From contig JAISLH010000015.1 in NCBI GenBank assembly GCA_031260565.1, positions 452 to 64,451 on the forward strand: DNA of 64,000 bases. The letters run 5' to 3'. Made by a program: the position numbers and the translations under genes. The stretch is from Bacteroidales bacterium. Lineage in GTDB: Bacteria > Bacteroidota > Bacteroidia > Bacteroidales > P3. The notes below the pieces were generated by a model. That model was given only the letters and a program-made list of their open reading frames with translations. It searched no databases and was not told the DNA's origin. Shown here piece by piece: positions 10,404-18,494 of the stretch (the first letter of the stretch is position 1; every line of letters starts with the position of its first letter).

Positions 10404-10497
10404 ATGCCACCTTAATTTTCTAAAGCGGCGTTTCGTGACGCTAAAGTGGCGTTTCAGCGTCACGAAACGCCGCTTTAGGAAAAGCAAGCAGAGTTTG
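10404..10497. repeat. Family-A palindromic element, copy 2 (perfect 23-bp stem)
   Basis: The left stem is ctaaagcggcgtttcgtgacgct (10420-10442), the loop is aaagtggcgtttc (10443-10455) and the right stem is the exact reverse complement (10456-10478). Confidence 0.95.
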
Positions 10498-10726
10498 GTT
10501 TTTACCAAAGGGCGAAAAAAGGGGAGGAAGCACCTATGCAAGTTTATGAAAAATTATAACATTTTATTTATGCAATATAAAATTTATATAAAACCATTTA
10601 TTATAATTTTATAATGTACAAATTTATAATTTATAATAGCCTTATAATTAGACGTTAATCAATTTTTAGGGGCTTATTTAATGTTAAAAAAAGTTTTTTA
10701 CATTTGAATATTTTATATAAAAGTAG

Positions 10727-10734
10727 TAATTTTG
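10727..10734 (+). promoter_or_regulatory. -7 promoter box (TAATTTTG)
   Basis: TAnnTTTG lies 34 nt upstream of the ATG at 10768. Confidence 0.45.
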
Positions 10735-10767
10735 CAACCTGAATAAACCATAAAATGAAATTTATAT

Positions 10768-13700
10768 ATGAATACTAAAATTAAATTAAAAACGATTATT
10801 GTCTCATTACTAATGTTGATTTTAGCAATGAGTTCCAACTTTCTTTCTGCACAAAGCACGGGGTCTATAACGAACCTCTCTGGAGGTAATGGCTCTCAAG
10901 CTAATCCTTATTTAATATCAAATGCACAAGATCTTGTGGATTTGAGTAATTTTGTGTTAGCCGCCGATGATGATATTCATAATTGTGTTGGTATGTATTT
11001 TAAGGTTACAACCGATATTGATATGAAATCTATTGCAAATTTCGTTCCTATCGGCGGTAGAAGCAAAAAAAACAATACTGATGATGATGACGTAGCTCGT
11101 GTTTTCAGAGGAAAATTTGACGGAAACAACAAGGTCATCAAAAATTTGAAAATAACGTCTTCCACCAATTCAAACGGTCTGTTTGGAGTCGTAGTTACTG
11201 CCAGCAATACTACTGAAATTAAAAACATAACCCTTGACTCTTGTAAAATTGTTATGAACGGAGTTGCAGGGGGGCATATAGCACTATTTTCAGGAGCACT
11301 TATTGGAACTATGGAGGCTATGCCTTCGTCAGGTTGTGTCGTTAGAAATTGCCATGTTACCAACTCTACTATACAAGTTGGAAGCAATGCTGAATGTATA
11401 GGCGGGTTGATAGGATCTATATTAGTTGGCAATACTATTGAAGGCTCTAACCCGAATATTATTGTTGATAGTTGTTCTGTCAAATACTTTTATACACTAT
11501 CATCAACTACTGCGGCAGACCTATTTGGAGGATTGATAGGTGAAGCCAGTTGTGGTGTAGATATAACTAATTGCAACGTGGATCATTGTGTTATTGACCA
11601 TGGGGCTGGTAGTATTGGCGGATTGATAGGTAGAGCTGAGGGAGGTAGTGCTGCGAGTTATGCACGAAAGATAAGCAACTGTCATACCTTTTATAACCTT
11701 ATAAGAGGAAGTGGTGCGTGTGTTGGTGGAATGATAGGGAATGCTACCAGCAATCTTAATATTGAAGATTGCTCCTCATCTTATGATTCGGTTATGGGCA
11801 AAGGGAGAACAGGTGGTTTGATAGGTAAAGCTGACACCAACGTTAGCATAAAGCGTTGTTATAATACCTATTCTTATGTGCAAGACGCAAGTAACTTCGG
11901 TGCCGGAGGGTTGATAGGCGGAGCAGAGGCAGCAACTGTTACTATTGAAGATAGTTATTCCTCCTTATCTATAGTCGTTGGTTTGAACTATGCCGGTGGA
12001 TTGATAGGCGATTTTAATGGCGGTGCAAATTCTATCAAAAATTGTTATGCAGCGAATAAAGTGATAGCTTCGGGTACAGGTGGTAACCTTACCGCTTATA
12101 GGGGAGGGCTATCAGGTAAGATTCCATCCTCTACTGCGGTTCAAAATTCTTACTACATAAGTACATGGACAAGTCAATCCCTTAGCGGACAAAACACTAA
12201 TGCAACTCGTGGCGTTTCCAAAACTCCTGATCAAATGCGAGACATTGCCTTTGTTGGGACTTTGAATGCAGGCAGGACGAGTAATGCTGTTTGGTTTCAG
12301 GATACTGCTCTTTATGTCAATGGTGGTTATCCTATTTTGAAGTATGGTAGAGGTCAAGTGGGCAGCACTTATCAGATATGGAACGTTGAAGACTTGCGTG
12401 CTCTATCTGCAATGGTTCAAAACGGAATACCTACAGCAGGCAGCAACTTCCTTTTAATGGCAGACATCATCTTCCCTGCAAACGATAATTCTTTTATTCC
12501 TATTGGAGGCTGGGCTGATGAAAACACTAATGATGATGCGAAAGCTTTTAGCGGGAATTTTGCAGGTAATCGTTTCTACATTTCAGGTGCAGATATAAAC
12601 AAACCAAACAATGACTATGTAGGTCTTTTCGGACTTGTAGATGGAGGTCGTATAGAAGAGGTTGCTTTTCTTAAATCAAATATAGCAGGTAAGGATTATG
12701 CTGGTGGCTTGGTCGGTAAATTAGACTCTAAGGCAGTAGTCAATAGATGTTTTGCTACCGGTGATGTGAGAGGAGAAAACTATGTTGGTGGCTTGATAGG
12801 TTATATAGATGGTGCTGCAACGGTTGCAGCCTGCTATGCAAAGTGTGTAGTTGAGGGTATTGATTATGTTGGAGGCTTTGCAGGCTCTGCGGAAAAGGTT
12901 TATAACTCTTATTGTGTGCCAAATGTGTTATGTTTGTCGGACGCAAGTACTAATGTAGGTGCATTCTGCGGACATAGCAGTAATGCAACATCTTTGTTTA
13001 GTCAATGCTATTACAACTCAAATTGGACAACACAAGGAGGACTTACTTCAAACGCTTATGGCACACCAAAAACTAAAGCGGATATGGTAAATAAGGCAGC
13101 GTTTGTAACCCTTCTTAATACAGGGATAGATTACCCTGCATGGAGACTTGACGACTCTCCTTGGACGCGTAACGGAGGCTATCCTATCTTGGGTTATGAG
13201 CCTTTTGTAACTGACCTCTGTATTATAGAAGACTGGCAAACTATTAAGGTAAATACTAAAACTGATTATGACAACAGACCTTCTACAATCATCATTGAAG
13301 ACGGAGGTTCGCTTGTCAATAACTACACAAGTGGAGACTTTGATAATGTAACCGTAGAGCATAAACTTTATAACGAGCAATATAGTTTTATCGGCAGTGC
13401 TTTTGGAAATATTACCTTTGGTCAGTATCTCGGTGAAGACGGCAGCAAAACCTATCAAAACATATACGGTAATTATCCTGCTTCATGCCTGTTGTTCAAC
13501 TACAACTCAAATATGTGGTGGGGCGACCCAGACGGATATACTTATGCCGGATATAACACCAATATGGACGTTGCTAATGGTTACTTTACTTATATCCTTG
13601 ACCCTACTTACGGCACACCTTCCTTTCATCCAAGCAGTGTTGGAAAAATGGTTAAGCAATCGGCTAATGCAGGTAAGTTGTTTAATAAGGATATTACATT

Positions 13701-14670
13701 TAGCCTCACAAACAACGGTATTGAAAAAACTCCCGAAAGTCCTAATGTAGATGGTCTCTGGTATGCCTTGTCCAACCCTTATAGCGGTAATTTGTATGCT
13801 GCCGACTGGCTTCATGCTAATACTAACGTACAGGGGAATGTTATCTACACATTTAATTCCGTTGATTCTACATGGAACGTTTTGGATGGAAGCGAAGGCA
13901 CACAACGTGTCAAAATAGGTGAAGGCTTCTTTGTCGCAGGTCAGGGAGGGACGAGTGCAAGGCAAAAGTCATTCAGCTTCAAACAAAATATGGCAACCAA
14001 TGTTCCAACTGCTAAGAGCAATGTTGATATTAGCAGGATAAAACTGACAGCAACATCAAACTATATGAGCAAAGAGGCTGTCATAAAGATAAACCAAGAC
14101 GCTTCTAACGGCTTTGATAATTACGATGCCTATATGAAGTTTGGCACAAGCAAGAGAGCAGTTGAACCTTACTTTATGATAGATAATCGTGCTGTTGTGA
14201 TGAACTCTATAAGCGACCTGCCATATTCCGCTGCCTTAAATATGTCTGCATTGCAGAACAACAACGTTGATTTGAAGTTTGAGAACATTCCAAGCAACGT
14301 AAGAGTTATTTTCATAGACCTTAGCTTTGGTTCAATAGACACGATAGCCGAAAAGGAAGTAGTAAATATTGATGTAGTTGAGGGACAAAACGACAACAGA
14401 TTTGTTATTCTGTTAGAAAAAGTATCTAATAACATAGACACTCCAGCAGCAGCAGACCTCAACATCTGGGCATACAACAACCGTTTAACAATCAACGGCG
14501 AAGCTCTCACAGGGCTTGAAGTTTATAACACACTTGGGCAGCTTGTCTTTTCAACCAAGATGTCCGGCAACAGTTATTCTCAGACCTTAGCCCTTAATGC
14601 AGGTTCTTATATTGCTAAGGCTACGGCTAAGAATGGCAACAAAACAATAAAATTTATAATCAATAAATAA
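10768..14670 (+). CDS. GLUG-motif repeat surface protein with a T9SS type-A C-terminal domain
   Basis: It has a signal peptide and many GGLIG/GGLVG (GLUG) repeats. The C-terminus LEVYNTLGQLVF...GSYIAKATAKNGNKTIKFIINK matches the Por-secretion tail pattern. Confidence 0.8.
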   Translation: MNTKIKLKTIIVSLLMLILAMSSNFLSAQSTGSITNLSGGNGSQANPYLISNAQDLVDLSNFVLAADDDIHNCVGMYFKVTTDIDMKSIANFVPIGGRSKKNNTDDDDVARVFRGKFDGNNKVIKNLKITSSTNSNGLFGVVVTASNTTEIKNITLDSCKIVMNGVAGGHIALFSGALIGTMEAMPSSGCVVRNCHVTNSTIQVGSNAECIGGLIGSILVGNTIEGSNPNIIVDSCSVKYFYTLSSTTAADLFGGLIGEASCGVDITNCNVDHCVIDHGAGSIGGLIGRAEGGSAASYARKISNCHTFYNLIRGSGACVGGMIGNATSNLNIEDCSSSYDSVMGKGRTGGLIGKADTNVSIKRCYNTYSYVQDASNFGAGGLIGGAEAATVTIEDSYSSLSIVVGLNYAGGLIGDFNGGANSIKNCYAANKVIASGTGGNLTAYRGGLSGKIPSSTAVQNSYYISTWTSQSLSGQNTNATRGVSKTPDQMRDIAFVGTLNAGRTSNAVWFQDTALYVNGGYPILKYGRGQVGSTYQIWNVEDLRALSAMVQNGIPTAGSNFLLMADIIFPANDNSFIPIGGWADENTNDDAKAFSGNFAGNRFYISGADINKPNNDYVGLFGLVDGGRIEEVAFLKSNIAGKDYAGGLVGKLDSKAVVNRCFATGDVRGENYVGGLIGYIDGAATVAACYAKCVVEGIDYVGGFAGSAEKVYNSYCVPNVLCLSDASTNVGAFCGHSSNATSLFSQCYYNSNWTTQGGLTSNAYGTPKTKADMVNKAAFVTLLNTGIDYPAWRLDDSPWTRNGGYPILGYEPFVTDLCIIEDWQTIKVNTKTDYDNRPSTIIIEDGGSLVNNYTSGDFDNVTVEHKLYNEQYSFIGSAFGNITFGQYLGEDGSKTYQNIYGNYPASCLLFNYNSNMWWGDPDGYTYAGYNTNMDVANGYFTYILDPTYGTPSFHPSSVGKMVKQSANAGKLFNKDITFSLTNNGIEKTPESPNVDGLWYALSNPYSGNLYAADWLHANTNVQGNVIYTFNSVDSTWNVLDGSEGTQRVKIGEGFFVAGQGGTSARQKSFSFKQNMATNVPTAKSNVDISRIKLTATSNYMSKEAVIKINQDASNGFDNYDAYMKFGTSKRAVEPYFMIDNRAVVMNSISDLPYSAALNMSALQNNNVDLKFENIPSNVRVIFIDLSFGSIDTIAEKEVVNIDVVEGQNDNRFVILLEKVSNNIDTPAAADLNIWAYNNRLTINGEALTGLEVYNTLGQLVFSTKMSGNSYSQTLALNAGSYIAKATAKNGNKTIKFIINK

Positions 14671-14685
14671 TAAGGAGATGATAAA

Positions 14686-14889
14686 ATGAAAAAAATATTT
14701 GTAATAATAATGTGTATGGCTGTCTCAACTATAATATCGGCTCAACCTACGCCCGGCGGCAGACCGGGAGACGGAGGAGCAGGAGAACATGAAGGAGCGG
14801 AAGCACCTATAACAACGGCTACTTTGTTACTGCTTGGTTTGGGCGGAGCATACACAACTTTCAAAATGATGAAGCATAAAAAAGAATAG
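14686..14889 (+). CDS. Small secreted protein (67 aa) with a Gly/Pro/Glu-rich core and a C-terminal TM plus basic tail
   Basis: It has the signal peptide MKKIFVIIMCMAVSTIISAQ, an AGGAG 9 nt upstream of the ATG, and the C-terminus APITTATLLLLGLGGAYTTFKMMKHKKE. It starts 16 nt after the upstream stop. Confidence 0.45.
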   Translation: MKKIFVIIMCMAVSTIISAQPTPGGRPGDGGAGEHEGAEAPITTATLLLLGLGGAYTTFKMMKHKKE

Positions 14890-14927
14890 TTTCATAGTAT
14901 TTATAATTTATTAATGTTAGACAATGG

Positions 14928-14962
14928 ACGGAGGGGTAGTAAAATACCTCTTCGTTTTTTTT
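14928..14962 (+). terminator. Probable rho-independent terminator
   Basis: An imperfect hairpin acggaggggta/tacctcttcgt is followed by T8. Confidence 0.45.
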
Positions 14963-15005
14963 ATTAAGAAAAGGAGCAAAATTTTGGCAGTATCAAAAAA
15001 AGTAG

Positions 15006-15013
15006 TATATTTG
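15006..15013 (+). promoter_or_regulatory. -7 promoter box (TATATTTG) upstream of the G9 tract and 21-bp array
   Basis: An exact TAnnTTTG lies directly after the terminator. No long ORF follows for about 500 nt. Confidence 0.45.
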
Positions 15014-15111
15014 CACTCTCTAAAATGACACAAAAAGATATTAAATAAGCAGGAAAAATGAGCATCGCAGGCTTACAGAAACGCACCAAATTTACACTTT
15101 CTCTCTATAAT

Positions 15112-15120
15112 GGGGGGGGG
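15112..15120. repeat. Homopolymeric G9 tract
   Basis: Nine consecutive G lie inside a 30-codon ORF that starts at ATG 15058. Confidence 0.95.
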
Positions 15121-15254
15121 CAACGCCTTCATTACAAGCCTCTTACGTAGCGTCTATACACTCTAAAACGGCACTATTAAATTTCACTTCTCGCTTAATT
15201 CACAACATACAAAACTCACTTCATTTTCTATCTGAAAAGGTAGATTTTGTGTTG

Positions 15255-15485
15255 AATATTATAGTTTCCAAGTTAAACACTATAACTTTCGAGTTAAACA
15301 CTATAACTTTCGAGTTAAACACTATAACTTTCAAGCCAAACACTATAACTTTCAAGTTAAACACTGTAACTTTCAAGTTAAACACTATAACTTTCAAGCC
15401 AAACACTATAACTTTCAAGTTAAACACTATAACTTTCAAGTTAAACACTATAACTTTCAAGTTAAACACTATAACTTTCAAGCCA
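15255..15485. repeat. Tandem array, 21-bp unit AACACTATAACTTTCAAGTTA, 10 full units plus 1 degenerate leading unit
   Basis: Units start at 15276 and recur every 21 nt to 15485. Variants are gagtta, aagcca and ctgtaac. The leading unit 15255-15275 matches 16/21. Confidence 0.95.
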
Positions 15486-15524
15486 AAAGTTTTAATAATG
15501 AATAAATAAATAAGTAAGAACATT

Positions 15525-16199
15525 ATGCAAAGTGACTGGATTAAGTACAGAGAAGCAGATTTATTGCTGCAGGCAGGAGCTAATGAAAAGTATTTTATTT
15601 CGCTTGGTTCGCAATTTCCTTCAGCTGAGTTACAACGTTTTAGGGCAGCAGTAACAGCATTTAGGACGGCGTTCGCAAAAACATCAGACAAGGGCACATC
15701 AACGAGTGCTGATGTAAAAGCTAAAAATGATGCAAAAAAAGCGTTAATCGCTATAATGCGAGAGTTTTACAACAGGTATGTTATCGGCAGTCCGACAATG
15801 ACAAACGAGCAGCGGGAAACGTATGAATACCCTATCCACGACACCGAGCCAACACCTGTGCCTGTGCCAAGAATTGCTCCAGATATGGATGTTGATTTTT
15901 CGCAAAGAGGCTCTCATTTGGTGTATTTTGGCGAGGAGAATAGCAAACACAAAATCGTTCGCGGGCTGCCGAAAGGTGCTCATGGTGTGGAAATTTATCG
16001 CCTCATTTCGCACGACTCATTGCCAATTATGCCTGAAATTGAGACTATGGAATTTGTTGGGTTGGCTTCCAAAAGCCCGAAAGAATTCTTATACAAGAGC
16101 AGTGAAACCGGTTCCAGAGTGTATTATGTGGTGAGATATTTCAATGATAGAGGGGAGTTTAGCTTGTGGTCTAAGGTGGTGATGGCGATTGTGAATTAA
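15525..16199 (+). CDS. Hypothetical protein (224 aa) whose C-terminal half looks FN3/Ig-like
   Basis: The ORF is clean and non-repetitive. A Pro-rich hinge EPTPVPVPRIAP is followed by a beta-rich segment ending VYYVVRYFNDRGEFSLWSKVV, typical of FN3 C-terminal strands. Confidence 0.55.
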   Translation: MQSDWIKYREADLLLQAGANEKYFISLGSQFPSAELQRFRAAVTAFRTAFAKTSDKGTSTSADVKAKNDAKKALIAIMREFYNRYVIGSPTMTNEQRETYEYPIHDTEPTPVPVPRIAPDMDVDFSQRGSHLVYFGEENSKHKIVRGLPKGAHGVEIYRLISHDSLPIMPEIETMEFVGLASKSPKEFLYKSSETGSRVYYVVRYFNDRGEFSLWSKVVMAIVN

Positions 16200-17243
16200 A
16201 TGGGAAGTAGCAAAATTAAAAAAACAGCTAAAAAAAGGTCTATAACTTTTTCTCCTAGCTGGACAATTGAGCAAAATTTACTTTGGGGAATATTAGTATG
16301 TTTAGCATCTATTACAATCTCTATTTTTGTTATACCTATATTGGCAGTAGATTCACCAACTATACAGACTATAAAGAAAAGCCAAGACAGTATTATTGTT
16401 ACCTTGGACAATATTAAAACGAATACAACTGAAATTAAAGCACACGAAGACAGAATAGCTGCAAGTACCACTGCTGTTGATACTGCTTTTTCAAAGCCAT
16501 TGATAATACTTGGTGGAGGCTCTGTGAAAAATTATATAGAGAGAAATTATCAACCAATATTGAATCCCAAGCTATACTCAATACTTCCTGCTCCTAGTGA
16601 ATTTGCTTGTGTAAGGCTTAAAGATGAGGATTTTATTAAGCTTCAGACAGGTAATATTGTTATTATGAGTTCTGGCTACGAACTGCACGATGCTTTTTTT
16701 GAGAAACCCAGAGAAAACTATAAATTTGCTAATATCGTAGAGGTTTTTCTTGGATATGATACGCTTTACATCAAAACAAATGTTAAGTCAATAATTGATA
16801 AATACAAAGAGCGTAAAATAGATAAAAAAGACCTTTTGAAATTACTAAAAGATAGCAAAGACGTAGTTATAACCTGTACCGAAAAAGGCAGTGGAACATA
16901 TAACGAATATAACAAACTTGTAGGTGGCGAAATAGAAGAAAAAATAAATTTATCTAACCCATATTTTAAGGCTATAGAGACTAGCAAACCAACCATTGTT
17001 CTTACTCGTAGTAATTACGACCCAGCCAAAGATAATAGTGATTTTGTGAATATATATATAATAGACACTAATTATTTAACCTCTGGATTATATTTATATA
17101 TACCATTGAATGCAAATGAAAAAGATACGACGTTAATAATGCCTAGTATGATAAAGGGGCTTATAAGGCATTTTAAACCAAAATTCCCTTTGAAGATACC
17201 ACGTAATAGTGCAATTATAATTAAGGATACTAGTGGTAAGTAA
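16200..17243 (+). CDS. Membrane-anchored hypothetical protein (347 aa) with a weak PstS/PBP-type-2-like periplasmic-binding fold
   Basis: The start abuts the upstream stop (TAAATG). It has one TM segment (LLWGILVCLASITISIFVIPILAV) and a coiled-coil-like stretch. ILGGGSVKNY, IVIMSSGYELHD and KGSGTYNEY resemble PBP_like_2 motifs. Confidence 0.5.
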   Translation: MGSSKIKKTAKKRSITFSPSWTIEQNLLWGILVCLASITISIFVIPILAVDSPTIQTIKKSQDSIIVTLDNIKTNTTEIKAHEDRIAASTTAVDTAFSKPLIILGGGSVKNYIERNYQPILNPKLYSILPAPSEFACVRLKDEDFIKLQTGNIVIMSSGYELHDAFFEKPRENYKFANIVEVFLGYDTLYIKTNVKSIIDKYKERKIDKKDLLKLLKDSKDVVITCTEKGSGTYNEYNKLVGGEIEEKINLSNPYFKAIETSKPTIVLTRSNYDPAKDNSDFVNIYIIDTNYLTSGLYLYIPLNANEKDTTLIMPSMIKGLIRHFKPKFPLKIPRNSAIIIKDTSGK

Positions 17244-17323
17244 ATAAGAAGAGGTTTCTAAAGCAAAAGCCCGCTAATGATTGATGTTGTCGGGTTTTTT
17301 GCTTACATATAAGAGAAAATTTG

Positions 17324-17331
17324 TACCTTTG
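17324..17331 (+). promoter_or_regulatory. -7 promoter box (TACCTTTG)
   Basis: TAnnTTTG lies 33 nt upstream of the GTG at 17364. Confidence 0.45.
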
Positions 17332-17363
17332 CTACTTCATTAAAACGCATAAAAGGACAACAA

Positions 17364-18494
17364 GTGGTACTGTTATATCTTATAGAAAAGGAGTTCAAAC
17401 AAACGTTTCGCAATAAGTTTATACCAAAACTTATTGTTATCTTTCCTTTTATTGCCTTAATTCTGCTGCCTTTTGCCGCCAATATGGAGATTAAGAACGT
17501 GAATATAGTCGTAGTGGATAACGACAAAAGCAGCTTCTCAGGGCAACTAATTCAAAAACTTGACGCTAATAAATCCATTACTCTGTTTGCTCTCTGCCCT
17601 ACCTATTTGCAAGCCTTTGACCTTGTAGAAAAAGACAGGGCGGATGTGATTGTGGTCTTAAACAGGAATATGGAAAAGGACATCAGCATTGCTATGACTA
17701 CCAAAGAAGATTTAACAGGCGGCACGGCTTCGTCAAAAATCCTTGTTGCTACCAATGCTGTCAATGCTGTCAAAGGGACTTTGGGGGCAATGTATGTTAT
17801 GAATATTATTGCTGACTTTGCTGCTGATAAAGCCGCCATTGCAGGAAACACAACGCCGTTGGAAATACGCCCTTCCTATGCTTTCAATGAACGGTTAGAG
17901 TATAAATATTTTATGGTGCCGGCTTTGATGGTTATGATACTGACTGTGCTTTGCGGCTTCCTGCCTGCACTAAACATTGTCGGAGAGAAAGAAAACGGGA
18001 ACATAGAGCAAATGAACGTTACACCCGTTAGACGGCTTACTTTTATTGCTTCAAAGCTCATACCCTACTGGATAATTGGAACGTTGGTTATTTCAATAGG
18101 GTTTTTCGTTGCTTGGATTATTTATGGCATTACTCCTGTGGGTAGCTTTTTGACTATTTACTTCTTTGCTTGGCTGTTCATTTTTGCCGTTTCTGGTATG
18201 GGGTTACTTATCTCCAATTACTTTGAGACCTATCAGCAAGCTATGTTTATTATGTTCTTTCTTCTTATGATATTGCTTTTGATGAGTGGGTTATTTACTC
18301 CTTTTGCGTCAATGCCTCCGTGGGCACAATCTATCGGAAGGCTTTCTCCGCTGAAGTATTTCATAGAAACGATGCGTGCAGTCTATCTAAAGGGGAGCAA
18401 AATACCTGACCTAATCCCACAGCTGCAATCACTGATTACCATCGCATTTGTACTTAACACTTGGGCTATATTCTCCTACCGCAAGAAGAAATAA
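17364..18494 (+). CDS. ABC-2 type transporter permease
   Basis: It has the YbhS/YbhR-like architecture: an N-terminal TM segment, a large extracytoplasmic loop, then 5 TM segments. No ATPase gene is adjacent. Confidence 0.7.
   Translation: MVLLYLIEKEFKQTFRNKFIPKLIVIFPFIALILLPFAANMEIKNVNIVVVDNDKSSFSGQLIQKLDANKSITLFALCPTYLQAFDLVEKDRADVIVVLNRNMEKDISIAMTTKEDLTGGTASSKILVATNAVNAVKGTLGAMYVMNIIADFAADKAAIAGNTTPLEIRPSYAFNERLEYKYFMVPALMVMILTVLCGFLPALNIVGEKENGNIEQMNVTPVRRLTFIASKLIPYWIIGTLVISIGFFVAWIIYGITPVGSFLTIYFFAWLFIFAVSGMGLLISNYFETYQQAMFIMFFLLMILLLMSGLFTPFASMPPWAQSIGRLSPLKYFIETMRAVYLKGSKIPDLIPQLQSLITIAFVLNTWAIFSYRKKK

Noticed and set aside
10344-10541. Short K/R/F-rich ORFs translating the palindromic elements (also 26743-26940, 51306-51503, 57461-57646, 57483-57716)
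   Set aside because: The same peptide-like strings (LKRRFVTLKRRF...) arise on both strands because the DNA is palindromic. The frames are not conserved between copies, and there is no promoter or start context.
10545-10767. AT-rich stretch with several TTATAAT motifs upstream of the GLUG-protein gene
   Set aside because: It is low-complexity AT-rich intergenic DNA with no regular phasing or inverted symmetry that I could establish.
15221-15697. 158-aa minus-strand ORF (LKVIVFN heptads) spanning the 21-bp array and overlapping the start of the 15525 gene
   Set aside because: It is open only because the 21-bp unit lacks stops in that frame. Its non-repeat part is antisense to a well-formed ORF and has no start context, so it is most likely an artefact of the repeat.
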